IMG/VR virus record: IMGVR_UViG_3300021440_000018
Coordinates: 15,165 to 79,164 of that record
Source of the DNA: a virus
Length of the DNA stretch: 64,000 nucleotides
Direction: 5' to 3' (one strand)
In this document: positions 27,851 through 38,548 of the stretch, in pieces
How the letters are laid out: each line of letters opens with the position of its first letter
Numbering within the stretch: position 1 is the stretch's first letter
The notes under the pieces: generated by a model
Database searches by the model: none
What the model was told of the DNA's origin: nothing
What the model saw: only the letters and a program-made list of their open reading frames with translations
Made by a program: the position numbers and the translations under genes

Positions 27851-28354
27851 GGGCCAAACAAAACAATGATCAAAGAAGACTTCATGGGGGCAGAGGAACA
27901 CTTCGGAGTCCTCGTCGGGCAACTTCATCCTGAGTCCCGTGCCCTGTACGACACGTCATACCACCTGAGAATCGAGACTGCCTACAAAGGCCGCAACTTC
28001 ATCCTGTACGAGGTGGAAGACGGCCTGCCCAAGGTCCTGGACCGCGTCATCGTCCGGGACTTCGAGTGCAACGAGAAGGACGGGGCATCGACCCAAGTCA
28101 CACTGCAGTCCACCGACGAAGAGCGCATCATCGGCTACGGCCCTGAGCAGGTGTTCGACTTCCCCGTGTTCATGTGGCTGCCACTCACCAGCCGCGTACG
28201 CTGGGGGGCCCCGGCCAGCAACCCGTACAAGGGTTCGCTCGGTTTTCCCCTGGTGCTGAAGACCAAGTCCCGGCTGAGTCTGAGGGAACCAGGGGTCGTG
28301 TACTGCGAGACGGCTGCCAGCTTCGCCGCCGAATTCGGCAACGCCTATTTCTGA
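27851..28354 (+). CDS. Hypothetical protein (start uncertain)
   Basis: Fills the gap between helicase and primase; TTGACA at 27811. Confidence 0.55.
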   Translation, partial: GPNKTMIKEDFMGAEEHFGVLVGQLHPESRALYDTSYHLRIETAYKGRNFILYEVEDGLPKVLDRVIVRDFECNEKDGASTQVTLQSTDEERIIGYGPEQVFDFPVFMWLPLTSRVRWGAPASNPYKGSLGFPLVLKTKSRLSLREPGVVYCETAASFAAEFGNAYF

Positions 28355-28366
28355 CGGAGGCGCGTC

Positions 28367-31303
28367 ATGGCCTCCAACTGGTTCTTCCAGTACCAGCGCC
28401 ACGGCGGTGAAGACGCCTGGGTGCTGGACTTTGCCGACAACAAGGCGAAGGTGCTGGCGGAGATCCGCCCCGCCTTCACCACCGCCCTCGACCTGAGCGC
28501 CATCCCGGACGATGGTGACTGGTCCAAGGTCCGCTACCGCGGGCCCATGTACTTCGACTTCGATGCAGCCGGCGACTTGCCGCTGGCGTGCACCCAGTTC
28601 CTGATCTTCCTGGACAAGCTGGAGAATGAGTTCGGGTTCGACCTGAAGCAGGCGTCGCTGTTCCTGTCGGGGGGCAAGGGGTTCCACATCACGATCCCGG
28701 CCGAGTGCTTCCAGCCCAAGGTGCCGGCGACCGGCACCGCCTGGTTGCCCTACGTGTACCGCACCATGGCCGAAGCCATGGTCGTCGACACCATGGACTT
28801 GCTGGTCTACACCGGCAAGCGTGGGCGCATGTGGCGCACGGCAAACGTGCAGCGGGACAGCGGGACCTACAAGGTGCCTATCACGCCGGAGGAGGCGTGG
28901 ACGATCACCCCGGACCTGTACGCCGAACTGTGTGCTGCTCCCCGCGAAGTGCCCCCGCCCTCGCCCGCGTCGTGCAACAGCAAGCTCGCCATGCTGTTCA
29001 ACCTCGCCAGGGAGAAGGTCGTCGCCAAGATGCGCGGCAAGAAGAAGCGCGTCGAGCAGGCCAGCACGCTGCTCGATCCCTGGCGCAAGTCGAAGACGCA
29101 CCCGCCGACCATGCTCGGGCTGATGGACGGGTCCCTGGTCAACCCCGACGCCGGGTTCCAGAGCCTGTCGATGCAGCTTGCCATCTACGCCACCACCGTT
29201 GGGTTGGGGCTGGATGAGTACCTGGAGCGCTGCCGCGGCCTGTGCGAGAACCACGTCAGCGACAGCTACCGCTACAACACCTTCGCCAAGCGGCAGGAGG
29301 AGTTGGCCCGGATGTGGCGCTACATGGCCGAGGACAACAGCGAGTACGACTACGCCGTCGGACCCCTGGTGAACCTGGTCAAGCCCGGCGTGTCATGTCC
29401 CGACCTGGGCGTCATGGCCACCGAGGATACCGGCGACGTGCGCGACGACGTGCATGTGGCTGCGCCGGCCGCCTCAGGGGAGGAAGGTGACGCGCCCCCC
29501 GTGATCGATGCCCACATGGGCATTCGTCGGGGTGTGTTCATGAACGCCGACGGCATTTTCAAGCGAGGCAACGATACGGTGGAATCTCTGTGTCGAGCCT
29601 CGATACGGAAGGTCGATGCGTTCTACCACGCCGACACCAAGAACTTCCAGGGCTACCAGTTCAACCTCACTGCTCACGGCATGACGAAGAAGGGGGTCCT
29701 GCTGGGGGCCGATGCGTTCACCTCGGCCAATTCGCTGCGGAAGTTCTTCGCCGCGCATCAACTGTCCTTTATGGGGGGTGAGCCGGAGACGGCCGCCCTG
29801 CTCGACATCATGAGTGAAAAAGCTGCAAAGGGCGGGCGAGTGTTCGTCTACCCGAGAGAGGGGTTCTTCATCATCAACAACCCCCTGCTCGATGAGCCGA
29901 CCCCGGTCAAGGTCTACCTCACCGAGCACGCGTTCATGTCCTCGGTGCCGGTCGAAGACCCGGCCTACTTCCGCATGCGGTACCGGCCGGAGTCGGCGAC
30001 CAACACCTACAACATCGACATCCATCGAGCCCCCGAGCTTGACGAGACGATGGTGCCCGCGCTGCACGATCTGCTCTCCTTCAACCGTCACGATGTGGTT
30101 GCCGATATGGTGGGCTGGTTCGTGGCCTGCCACTATCGCAGCGTGTACCTGCACTTGTTCAGGCAGTTCCCATTGCTGCAAATGTACGGCGAGGCGGGCT
30201 CTGGAAAGACGCAGACTACGCTGATGCTCGGACACCTGCACTGGTACATGAACGAGGTCTCGTTGCGCAGCGCCTCCAGCGACACACCGTACGTCGTCGA
30301 CTGCTACGCCAGCAGCAGTACCAGTGCCCCGTATCTGATCGACGAGTTCAAGCCCCGGGAGATGCGGGCGCTCAACGGTGCCAGGCACCCGAAGCTGAAG
30401 GACGTGTTCAAGGCCAGCTACGTGGGCAGTTCTGCAGGGGGCCGGGGGACCGTGAACAAAGCGGCGGCCGACAACCCCATGGCGACGATCAACTCCCGGT
30501 GCACGGCCCCTATCGCGTTCATGGCCGAAGCCATCGAGATGGAGACCGCGATCATCGAGCGCAGTGTGTGCGTCAACTTCTCGAAGTCATACCTCACGAA
30601 CCAGCGCAAGCAGGCGTTCAAGCGTTTGGAGCATAGTCACCGGGCTATCTCGGCCCTGGGGCGAGAGATCGTCGAGTGCGGATTCGGCCTGGACCTGGAT
30701 GAGAAGCGGGCGTCGGTGGAGTCGATCATCGCCGACATCAACGCCGGTCTCCCCGACTTCGACGACCTTGAGGCGAAGCGGCCGTCGGAGCGCTCGATCT
30801 TCAACCGCGCCGTCATCATCGACTCCTTGCGCACGCTTAAGGTCATCTTGAAGCGGCGCTTCGGCACGGAGTTCGACGCTCCCATCGATGCACTGCTGGA
30901 ATGGAAGGCCGACGAGGCGGCATCCGAGCAGGCCAAGGTCATTCAGTCCTTGGGCATCAGCGAAATCTCCAAGGTGCTCAACCGCATCTCGCTGCTCAGC
31001 CAGGACGTGGGCCGCAGTTGGGAGATGCGCGAGGACAAGGACTACATCGTCGGCGACGGATGGGTCGAGATCAAGCTGGCCAGAGCTTACGACAACTACC
31101 GGCTGTTCTGTTCGGCCACCAACGACACTCCGCTGTTCGACTCGCTGGACACGTTCATCCATGCTACCAACTCGTACTCGCCGTGCATCGACAGGTTGTG
31201 CGTCAACTCCGAGTTGCGTGCTGACGGCAGCAGCGAGCGCATCGCCAGATTCGACACAACCAAACTGACCAGAGAGGGGGTACAGACTTTCAACAAAAGG
31301 TGA
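28367..31303 (+). CDS. AEP primase-helicase fusion (978 aa)
   Basis: FDFD and SGGKGFH AEP motifs; GEAGSGKT Walker A; LIDE Walker B. Confidence 0.88.
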   Translation: MASNWFFQYQRHGGEDAWVLDFADNKAKVLAEIRPAFTTALDLSAIPDDGDWSKVRYRGPMYFDFDAAGDLPLACTQFLIFLDKLENEFGFDLKQASLFLSGGKGFHITIPAECFQPKVPATGTAWLPYVYRTMAEAMVVDTMDLLVYTGKRGRMWRTANVQRDSGTYKVPITPEEAWTITPDLYAELCAAPREVPPPSPASCNSKLAMLFNLAREKVVAKMRGKKKRVEQASTLLDPWRKSKTHPPTMLGLMDGSLVNPDAGFQSLSMQLAIYATTVGLGLDEYLERCRGLCENHVSDSYRYNTFAKRQEELARMWRYMAEDNSEYDYAVGPLVNLVKPGVSCPDLGVMATEDTGDVRDDVHVAAPAASGEEGDAPPVIDAHMGIRRGVFMNADGIFKRGNDTVESLCRASIRKVDAFYHADTKNFQGYQFNLTAHGMTKKGVLLGADAFTSANSLRKFFAAHQLSFMGGEPETAALLDIMSEKAAKGGRVFVYPREGFFIINNPLLDEPTPVKVYLTEHAFMSSVPVEDPAYFRMRYRPESATNTYNIDIHRAPELDETMVPALHDLLSFNRHDVVADMVGWFVACHYRSVYLHLFRQFPLLQMYGEAGSGKTQTTLMLGHLHWYMNEVSLRSASSDTPYVVDCYASSSTSAPYLIDEFKPREMRALNGARHPKLKDVFKASYVGSSAGGRGTVNKAAADNPMATINSRCTAPIAFMAEAIEMETAIIERSVCVNFSKSYLTNQRKQAFKRLEHSHRAISALGREIVECGFGLDLDEKRASVESIIADINAGLPDFDDLEAKRPSERSIFNRAVIIDSLRTLKVILKRRFGTEFDAPIDALLEWKADEAASEQAKVIQSLGISEISKVLNRISLLSQDVGRSWEMREDKDYIVGDGWVEIKLARAYDNYRLFCSATNDTPLFDSLDTFIHATNSYSPCIDRLCVNSELRADGSSERIARFDTTKLTREGVQTFNKR

Positions 31304-31332
31304 TTGACACTTCGTTCCGTTAGGAACATACT
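31304..31332 (+). promoter_or_regulatory. Sigma70-like promoter TTGACA-N17-CATACT
   Basis: Near-consensus boxes in an intergenic gap. Confidence 0.65.
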
Positions 31333-31394
31333 CGCGCCCCACGACGGGAAGTAGCCTGTCGTGGTGACAATGAAACTGATTGAAGGAAACGAAA

Positions 31395-32213
31395 ATGGCA
31401 CTGACCAAGACTGTCGAGAAGCAATCCGGCCCCGTGAGCGACGCAACGCCGCTCGGCACCTTCGAGGGCATGGATGAAGCGCCCGCCGCGGCGAATGAAG
31501 CGCCCCCGGCCCCCGCTGCAGCGGCCCCCGCCGCCGTGACTGTCGCCCCCGCCCAGGCCGGCGCCGTCGCCGTCTCCCGCGGCGAGGCCAGCGCGTTCGC
31601 CAAGGAAGTCGAGGCCATGAAGGGCGCCGCCGACTTCTCTTACGGCAACTTCCCCGTGTTCAAGGGCAACAACGGAGAGATCATCGGTACCGGCGACACC
31701 AAGGCCAGCTTCGGCCGCTGGGTCAAGGTCTCCATGATCGCTTGGGACGAGCACTGGGAGATCAGCCCGAACAGCAAGAACGAGAAGTCACGGGACTACG
31801 TGGCCTACTCGACCGATGGGCAGACCCTTGGCCACGTGATCTCGAAGGAGTACGCGACGTGGATCGGCAAACCCATCACGCAGTACATCGAGCACCTGCG
31901 CAACGAGATGGATTACCCGCTGGCGGATTCCCGTCCCTTCGTGGACGTGGTCTGCGTGGTTCACGAGAGCGAGTCGAACGACGCCTACAACGGCGAGATC
32001 GTACAGATCACGCTGAGCAAAACGTCGATCCAGAGCTTCAAGCAGTACCAGGAGAAGCTGCTCCAGAAGGCACGTGCCGTCGCCCGGGGCATCCCCGGCG
32101 TGCAGGTGCCGGCCGACCCGTTCACCTTCTACTTCCTGCGTGAACTCGCAAGCGCGAACGGCAACAACTGGACCAAGCTGGTCGTCGTCGACAAGCTGCC
32201 CCCAAAGCTTTGA
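31395..32213 (+). CDS. Putative ssDNA-binding protein
   Basis: Position in replication module; A/P-rich linker plus aromatic beta-rich core; AAGGA RBS. Confidence 0.5.
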   Translation: MALTKTVEKQSGPVSDATPLGTFEGMDEAPAAANEAPPAPAAAAPAAVTVAPAQAGAVAVSRGEASAFAKEVEAMKGAADFSYGNFPVFKGNNGEIIGTGDTKASFGRWVKVSMIAWDEHWEISPNSKNEKSRDYVAYSTDGQTLGHVISKEYATWIGKPITQYIEHLRNEMDYPLADSRPFVDVVCVVHESESNDAYNGEIVQITLSKTSIQSFKQYQEKLLQKARAVARGIPGVQVPADPFTFYFLRELASANGNNWTKLVVVDKLPPKL

Positions 32214-32233
32214 CGTAATCGCAGGCTAGGTAC

Positions 32234-32926
32234 ATGCGAGCCCTCATCACCGACACCGAGACCGCCAGCCTGAAGGGCGGCATCGTGGAGATCGCCATCG
32301 CCCAGGTCGACGCCGACTTCAATGTTCGGTGGGAGGCTCACAGCCTCATCGACCCGGAGATGGCGATCAGCGCGGAGGCATCGGGGGTGCACCACATCAC
32401 GGACGCCGACGTGCAGGACGCGCCAACGATTGACCAGTTCATGCGGATGCACGGCATGCCGTTCGACGCCGACGACCTGGTCTTCATCGCGCACAACGCA
32501 CAGTTCGACGCCCGGATGCTGCACGACTGGCTGCCTCCGATGCGCTACGACGTGTGCACCTTGAAGCTGGCTCGCATGACCTGGCCCGATGCGCCGAACC
32601 ACAAGCTCCAGACCCTGCGCTACCACCTGGGCCTGGATGCCGGCGACGCTCACTCGGCCAAGGGGGATGTACTGGCGACGCTGAACTTGCTGCGTCGCGT
32701 GGCCGAGGCCAAGGGCCTGGACATGCTCGGCTTGATCGAGCTATGCCGGGAACCCCTGTCCTTGGACACGTACATCTCCTTCGGCAAATACGGCCCCCTC
32801 GGGGCCGACAGAAAGACCGACCGGGGCACCCGCCTCATCGACTTGCCGATGTCCTACGTTCGTTGGCTGCTCGGCACCGACAACCTGGACCCGGACCTCA
32901 GACAGTCGCTCAAGCAGCGCCTGTGA
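32234..32926 (+). CDS. DEDDh 3'-5' exonuclease (ExoX-like)
   Basis: DTET, AHNAQFD, HSAKGD; C-terminal FGKY...LPMSYVRW. Confidence 0.9.
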   Translation: MRALITDTETASLKGGIVEIAIAQVDADFNVRWEAHSLIDPEMAISAEASGVHHITDADVQDAPTIDQFMRMHGMPFDADDLVFIAHNAQFDARMLHDWLPPMRYDVCTLKLARMTWPDAPNHKLQTLRYHLGLDAGDAHSAKGDVLATLNLLRRVAEAKGLDMLGLIELCREPLSLDTYISFGKYGPLGADRKTDRGTRLIDLPMSYVRWLLGTDNLDPDLRQSLKQRL

Positions 32927-32952
32927 CAACAACCCCTGAAAGGACCCACCAC

Positions 32953-33189
32953 ATGGTTACCGCTGTTCAACGATTCGCCGCCCGTGACGGGCAAGTGTTC
33001 GACACCGCCGAGGCAGCCAACGCCTACGAGCAGCGCCTGGACGCGATCGCCTCCATCGAAGCCTACGTGGCCCGCGCCGAACTGCGCAAGGCCAGCGCCG
33101 GCCTGGTGCGCAAGCACCTCGCGGCCTACGTCGAGTTCTCGGCCCTGCCCAGGGACGTGCCCGACGCGGGGCCGACCCTCCAGGCTTGA
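32953..33189 (+). CDS. Hypothetical protein
   Basis: AAGGA RBS; DGQVFDT.E.A motif. Confidence 0.65.
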   Translation: MVTAVQRFAARDGQVFDTAEAANAYEQRLDAIASIEAYVARAELRKASAGLVRKHLAAYVEFSALPRDVPDAGPTLQA

Positions 33190-34010
33190 GGTCGAGCGGC
33201 ACGTACCTAGAGGCGATCCACGGGTCGCCTTTTTCAATGATGACTCCCACCTCCCTACTCGATGAGTTCGCTCTCGCCCTGCGCGACGAGTGCGTCCGCG
33301 CCACGGGCAGCAACGACTACCCGCCGTCCCGTAACCCGGCCAAGGGTTTTGGCCCCTGCGTGCACCAGGTACTCACCCTGGGGCATCTGCGCACCGTGGA
33401 CCTGGTAGCCAGCCTGTACGACCCAAACCCCCTGCCCTTGCCCACGATGTTGGACTTGTGGGATCAGGTGGCCAAGCTGATGGCCGAGCGCAAGCATACG
33501 GAAGCTCGGGACTGGCTCCAGCAGGCCCACCCCCACATGCCGTACAGCAAGGAGGTGGATGTGGGGATAGCCGGGGTGCTGGCCCAGTACATCGTCCTCA
33601 TGTCCTGGCGTCACGGAACCCTGGAGGTGTCCGGGAACACGGCTCTGCTCAGCGCCGGGGGGCACACCGTCGGCATCCGTCGAGGCACGCTGGTCACGAC
33701 CCGCGGCACGCGCCGCCTTCTTCGCCCCTCTAACCTGGAGACGGCGCTGTACTGCACGCTTGGGGATCCCAAGCCTATGGGCCTGGAGGTGGGTGGCCTA
33801 CGCCGGCATCTCTCGGGTGTTCTGCCCCGGCTGGCTGGTGTCATCAACACCGTGTTCTACGCAGCGGTACAGCAGCAGCGTGAGCCCGCTCTGCTGGACC
33901 TCTTCGTGTGCCGCAGCGAGGTCAAAGGCAGGAAGGCGCGCGAGGAGCGGCAGCGACTGGAAGCTGCGATGTCCTTCCTTCGAGTTCAACAACAAGTGAA
34001 ACACATATGA
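33186..34010 (+). CDS. Hypothetical protein (start uncertain)
   Basis: Fills operon gap; coupled to the kinase gene. Confidence 0.55.
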   Translation: MRSSGTYLEAIHGSPFSMMTPTSLLDEFALALRDECVRATGSNDYPPSRNPAKGFGPCVHQVLTLGHLRTVDLVASLYDPNPLPLPTMLDLWDQVAKLMAERKHTEARDWLQQAHPHMPYSKEVDVGIAGVLAQYIVLMSWRHGTLEVSGNTALLSAGGHTVGIRRGTLVTTRGTRRLLRPSNLETALYCTLGDPKPMGLEVGGLRRHLSGVLPRLAGVINTVFYAAVQQQREPALLDLFVCRSEVKGRKAREERQRLEAAMSFLRVQQQVKHI

Positions 34011-34546
34011 GCCAACGAAAACTCATCGGCCTGCACGGCTACGCCAGATCCGGCAAAGACACCCTCGCCACGCTGATCATGCAGCAGCACAGGTTCACAC
34101 GCATGGCCTTCGCCGACCCGCTGAAGGCAGCAGCATCGGTGCTGTTCGGGATCCACCGCGACGTGGTCTTCGGCGACGACAAGACGGTCGTGTTGGAGCC
34201 CTGGGGCATCACGCTGCGCGAGGCCCTGCAGAAGCTGGGCACCGAGGCCATGCGCAACAACTTCGGCGAGGACTTCTGGATCAAGCGCTGGCGCATGGAG
34301 TACGACCGGACTGAAGGCAACGTCGTTGTGACAGATGTGCGGTTTGAGAACGAAGCCGCGGCGATCCGGGCCGCGGGCGGACGCATGGTGCACCTGACAC
34401 GGCCCGGCGCTGGTCTCAAGGGCGACGCCGGCCGGCACCCCAGCGAGGGCGGCGTGACTGTGATGCCGGGTGACCTCCAGATTGCCAACGACAGCACGAT
34501 CCAGGCGCTCAGCGCCAAGGTCCTGGGGATCGTGGCCGCCGCATGA
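34007..34546 (+). CDS. Deoxynucleoside monophosphate kinase
   Basis: GYARSGKDT, AFADPLK, LQKLGTE, TDVRFENE, HPSE. Confidence 0.92.
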   Translation: MSQRKLIGLHGYARSGKDTLATLIMQQHRFTRMAFADPLKAAASVLFGIHRDVVFGDDKTVVLEPWGITLREALQKLGTEAMRNNFGEDFWIKRWRMEYDRTEGNVVVTDVRFENEAAAIRAAGGRMVHLTRPGAGLKGDAGRHPSEGGVTVMPGDLQIANDSTIQALSAKVLGIVAAA

Positions 34547-34800
34547 CTGCTCCGCTGAACCTGGGCCAGTTGCCCGACGAATCAGACCGGGCAACCGAGC
34601 TTGAGATGGCGATGACCGAGTCGGCCATCGCCCATGCCCGCATCAAGGCCCGGCGCAAGCAGGAGCCCGACGCCAACGGCGTGTACGCCATCACTGAGTG
34701 CGAGGAGTGCGGGGACGAGATCGAGCCCGCGCGCCTTGCCGTCGCTGCAATGAACACGTGGTGCATTCACTGCGCCACGATGAAGGAGAGGAAGAGATGA
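34543..34800 (+). CDS. TraR/DksA C4 Zn-finger protein
   Basis: DESDRA acidic tip; CEECG..IEPARL...CIHC. Confidence 0.88.
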   Translation: MTAPLNLGQLPDESDRATELEMAMTESAIAHARIKARRKQEPDANGVYAITECEECGDEIEPARLAVAAMNTWCIHCATMKERKR

Positions 34801-35126
34801 GTGTGTGGGTCGACGACTTAGGTACTCGATACCGGCTTGTGCACAAGTTGCTTCCAGTGAGGTGCATGGAGTTCGACGGGGATTGGTGGGTCGACGGGGG
34901 TCGCATCCGCGGTGTCGTGCTTGAGATGCGCGGCCCGCTAGGTGAACGCTGGTACGTCAAGCCGGAGGACAAGCTTGCGCTGAACACTAAAGCATGTCGA
35001 CTCCTTTCTCGCGCCCGCAATCTGCTGAGCCACCCACGTTCGTGGTTCAGTGAGGAGGGCCACACGAAGAGCCGCCACGCCCTGTCCGTCGAGATCACCA
35101 CCTACCTATTGAGAGGCGACAAATGA
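34797..35126 (+). CDS. Hypothetical protein
   Basis: ATGA coupling on both ends. Confidence 0.6.
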   Translation: MSVWVDDLGTRYRLVHKLLPVRCMEFDGDWWVDGGRIRGVVLEMRGPLGERWYVKPEDKLALNTKACRLLSRARNLLSHPRSWFSEEGHTKSRHALSVEITTYLLRGDK

Positions 35127-35311
35127 GCCACTGGGCTGACGAGTACATCACTCTGATCGAAGACTGTGAGCAGCGCTGTGAGCGCCTGTCGGACTGGGAG
35201 TCCGACTTCGTGTCTTCGCTGCGGGACCAACTGGAAGCTGGTAGAGCCCTGTCACCGAAGCAGATCGACGTTCTGGACGGGATCTGGGAGAAGGTCACGG
35301 GCCGAGGCTAA
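35123..35311 (+). CDS. Hypothetical protein
   Basis: LSDWESDFV...LSPKQ motif. Confidence 0.7.
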   Translation: MSHWADEYITLIEDCEQRCERLSDWESDFVSSLRDQLEAGRALSPKQIDVLDGIWEKVTGRG

Positions 35312-35323
35312 CCGAGGAGTTAC

Positions 35324-38300
35324 ATGAAGAGAGCCATCATCGATTTGTCCAGCGTAGTCTGGACCGCCCTCCTCGCGGGCAAGGACAGCGAGTACGGCAA
35401 GACCGTCGAGTTCGACGGCAAGCAAGTCCACATCAATTCGGCCGGCTACGGCTTCGACAACGCCCTGAACCACATCGAGAAGGTCATGGCCGACCTGAGT
35501 CTGGTGCCGCACCAGATGACCTTCGTGGTCGAGGGCAAGGACAGCAAGCGTGAGCGCACGAGCTTGCACCCCGGCTACAAGGCCGGGCGTGGGCGCCCCC
35601 CGGAGGCGTACGAGGAGTTCGTGGCCTGCCGCGACAAGATCCTGCGCACCTTTCTCGACCTGGGCTCGCTCCAGGCGTGGCAGGACGGCGGGCTGGAGGC
35701 CGACGACGTGATCGGCTACCTCGCCAAGAACCTCGACGGTGAGCGCTGGATCGTCAGCTACGACAAGGACCTGGCCCAACTCGTAGGCGGCGACATCCAC
35801 CACCTGCGTGGCGGCAAGGTCGACGAGAACCCCTTCGGGGACTTCGAGCACCGGCTGATCCCCGTGTGGATCGCCCTCGTCGGCGACAGCGCTGACAAGA
35901 TCCCCGGCGCCAAGGGCTTCGGCGCGGTCGCGGCCCAGGACATCCTCTTCGCCTTCGGAAACGACGGGCTGGAGTTGATGGAGGACCTGATCAAGACGCG
36001 CACGCTGCTGCGCCTCGAAGAGGATCTGGCCACGCTGCCGAAGCTGCAGAAGATCATCGACGACGCCGGGGGCGTCTACATGAGCTACGAACTGGCCCGC
36101 CTGCGCATCGAGCGTGTGAACACCCTGCGCCGCCCCCTGCAGTGGAAAGTCGGCATGGTCAAACCCTCTTCGCAGTGCGAGGAGCAGACCCTGCGCAAGT
36201 GGGCAGGGCAAGCCCGCCTGATCCACGCCGGCAACTACGCCGAGGCCCGCGCCTTCTTCGCCAAGCAGGTGGCGCGCACGCCGGAGTTCTGCCTTGACCT
36301 TGAGACCCATGTCGACGAGCAGTCCGAAGAGTGGCTGGAGCGGCGCAGCACCAAGGGCGGCGGAGTCGATGTCATCGGCTCGATGATCGTGGGCTGCGGG
36401 TTGTGCTTCGGGCCCAACGGCGAGTACCACTTCTACCTCACCACCAAGCACGTCGAGGAAGAAGGCATCCGCAACCTGACCCTTGCCCAGGTCCGTGAGT
36501 TCCTCGAACTCATCCCCAAGGACAAGATCACGGTGGCGCAGAACGCGGCCGGCTTCGAGTTGCCGGTCATGTACAACGCCTTCGGTGAAGCGTGGAAGGA
36601 CAACGGCTGGCGCGGCATGTTCCCCAACATGGTGGACTCGCGCATCGCGGCCACCTACTGGGATGAGGATCAGCCCTCTCACGGCCTGAAGCAGATGTCC
36701 AAGCTGCTGCTGGAATACGACCAGGAGACCTACGAGCACGTCACCACCGTTGACGGCGTGCAGTACAAGATGAACGAGCTTACCGCTCGCCACGTCCTGA
36801 ACTACGGCCTGGAAGATGTCGTCACGGCGATGGCGCTGTGGCGCTTTTACCGCGTGATCATGGAACTCGACGGCACCCTGGACGCCTTCATGCGCCTGGA
36901 GCAGAAGCCGATGTACCTGTCGGCCCTCGGCTACGCCCAGGGGGTGCCGATCAGCCTGCAGCACCTGAACAAGCTGCGCCAAACCGACGACGAGGCATTC
37001 GTCGAGCACGGCGCTGTGCTCGACGAGTTGCTCCTGGGCCTGGGCTGGGACGGCACGGTGTGCCCCGTGTACACCGAGATCACCCCCGCCAGCGTCAAGG
37101 AGGCGGTCCTGCTGCTCACCGGGCTTGAGGCTGACTTCAGGGTGCGCCTGCCGGCGAAGATGTCGCAGGCCATGGACGAGTGGGCCGACGGCCTGATCGA
37201 GGAGAGCGAGGACAACGAGATCCCCGGCTCGCGCATCAGGCTGTTGTCGGCCTACGTGCGCAACGGCGACGTGGACAGCATCAACGAACTCGTGGCCCGC
37301 CACTTCAGCGGCCGCCCGAAGTTCGACGTGGCCTCGCCCAAGCAGGTGGCCCGGCTGGTCTACGAGCGCATGGGGCTGCCCGTGCGGCTGCGCAACAAGC
37401 CGACCGATGTCATGCGCGCCAAGGGCATCCACGAGGGCACCGCCCGCACCGACGACGACGCCCTGAAGATGGCGCAGAAGATGGGCGACGTGACTGCCGG
37501 CACGCTTGAGCATCGCGCGCTGAGTGCGCTGATCGAGATGAAGTCTATCAACACCAAGCGCGGCCTGTACTACGAGCCGTACCCGGCCATGGTGCACTGG
37601 AAGACCCGGCGCATCCATCCTGAACTCGTTCAGTCGGGGACTAACACGCGGCGCTGGGCTGCACGCAACCCGAACATCCAGCAACTCGACAGCGCCCCGG
37701 GCGGCATCCGCTCCGTGGTCCTGCCCCACCACCGCGATGCCGTGGTCGTGTCGCTGGACGAGAGCGGGCAGGAGGTTCGCCAAGCGGCCGACTACTGCCG
37801 GGACCCGAACCTGCTGTCCTGCTTCATGGGCACGGCTGAAGAGATCCGCGACGTGCACTCCATCGTCGGCTCCAAGATCCTGAGCATCCCGTACCGTGAC
37901 CTGCGCTCTGGCGCCGACCTGCCCGAGGGCGCGGGCAAGGTGCGCAGCATCGCCAAGACCGTGCTGTTCGCCAGCTTCTACGGCGCCGGGGCCGCGAAGA
38001 TCGGCGAGAACCTGGGCATCAGCGAGGGCGAGGCCCAGGACTACATCGACGCCATCTACGCCCAGTTCCCCGACCTGGCGAAGTGGAAGTCTGAGACGGA
38101 GCGCTTCGCGGAGAAGCACGGGTGGGTGCCGGTGCACGGGGGCACGGTACGCCACTTGCGCAAGGCCCTGCTGTCGGACAACAACTACGAGAGCAGCAAG
38201 GCACTGCGGCAGGCGTCCAACGCTCGAATTCAGGGCGCTGGCGCCAACCAACTCAAGACCATCATGTCCGCGGTCTGGGACAGCGACATCATCGAGCGGT

Positions 38301-38548
38301 ACGACTACCGCTGGTACTTCCCGGTGCACGATGAGACGGTCCACAGCGTGGGCCGCGGCGACGTGGCGGCGTGTGTGAAGGAACTCCATGGGTTGATGAC
38401 CAAGCAGTTCCTGGGGCTCGTGCCTTCGGCCTCGTCCATCGGTCTTGGACCTACCTTCGGCGACCTGATCGAGATCGGCGAGACTTACGACGTGGGCCTC
38501 ATCGAGAAAGCCCTGAACGACATCTTTGAAATGAAAGAGGCAGCATGA
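35324..38548 (+). CDS. polA: Family A DNA polymerase with 5'-3' and 3'-5' exonuclease domains (1074 aa)
   Basis: YKAGR, EADDVI, DKD, GDSADKIPG (FEN domain); DLET exo I; DESGQEVR, AKTVLFASFYG and VHDE (motifs A, B, C). Confidence 0.95.
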   Translation: MKRAIIDLSSVVWTALLAGKDSEYGKTVEFDGKQVHINSAGYGFDNALNHIEKVMADLSLVPHQMTFVVEGKDSKRERTSLHPGYKAGRGRPPEAYEEFVACRDKILRTFLDLGSLQAWQDGGLEADDVIGYLAKNLDGERWIVSYDKDLAQLVGGDIHHLRGGKVDENPFGDFEHRLIPVWIALVGDSADKIPGAKGFGAVAAQDILFAFGNDGLELMEDLIKTRTLLRLEEDLATLPKLQKIIDDAGGVYMSYELARLRIERVNTLRRPLQWKVGMVKPSSQCEEQTLRKWAGQARLIHAGNYAEARAFFAKQVARTPEFCLDLETHVDEQSEEWLERRSTKGGGVDVIGSMIVGCGLCFGPNGEYHFYLTTKHVEEEGIRNLTLAQVREFLELIPKDKITVAQNAAGFELPVMYNAFGEAWKDNGWRGMFPNMVDSRIAATYWDEDQPSHGLKQMSKLLLEYDQETYEHVTTVDGVQYKMNELTARHVLNYGLEDVVTAMALWRFYRVIMELDGTLDAFMRLEQKPMYLSALGYAQGVPISLQHLNKLRQTDDEAFVEHGAVLDELLLGLGWDGTVCPVYTEITPASVKEAVLLLTGLEADFRVRLPAKMSQAMDEWADGLIEESEDNEIPGSRIRLLSAYVRNGDVDSINELVARHFSGRPKFDVASPKQVARLVYERMGLPVRLRNKPTDVMRAKGIHEGTARTDDDALKMAQKMGDVTAGTLEHRALSALIEMKSINTKRGLYYEPYPAMVHWKTRRIHPELVQSGTNTRRWAARNPNIQQLDSAPGGIRSVVLPHHRDAVVVSLDESGQEVRQAADYCRDPNLLSCFMGTAEEIRDVHSIVGSKILSIPYRDLRSGADLPEGAGKVRSIAKTVLFASFYGAGAAKIGENLGISEGEAQDYIDAIYAQFPDLAKWKSETERFAEKHGWVPVHGGTVRHLRKALLSDNNYESSKALRQASNARIQGAGANQLKTIMSAVWDSDIIERYDYRWYFPVHDETVHSVGRGDVAACVKELHGLMTKQFLGLVPSASSIGLGPTFGDLIEIGETYDVGLIEKALNDIFEMKEAA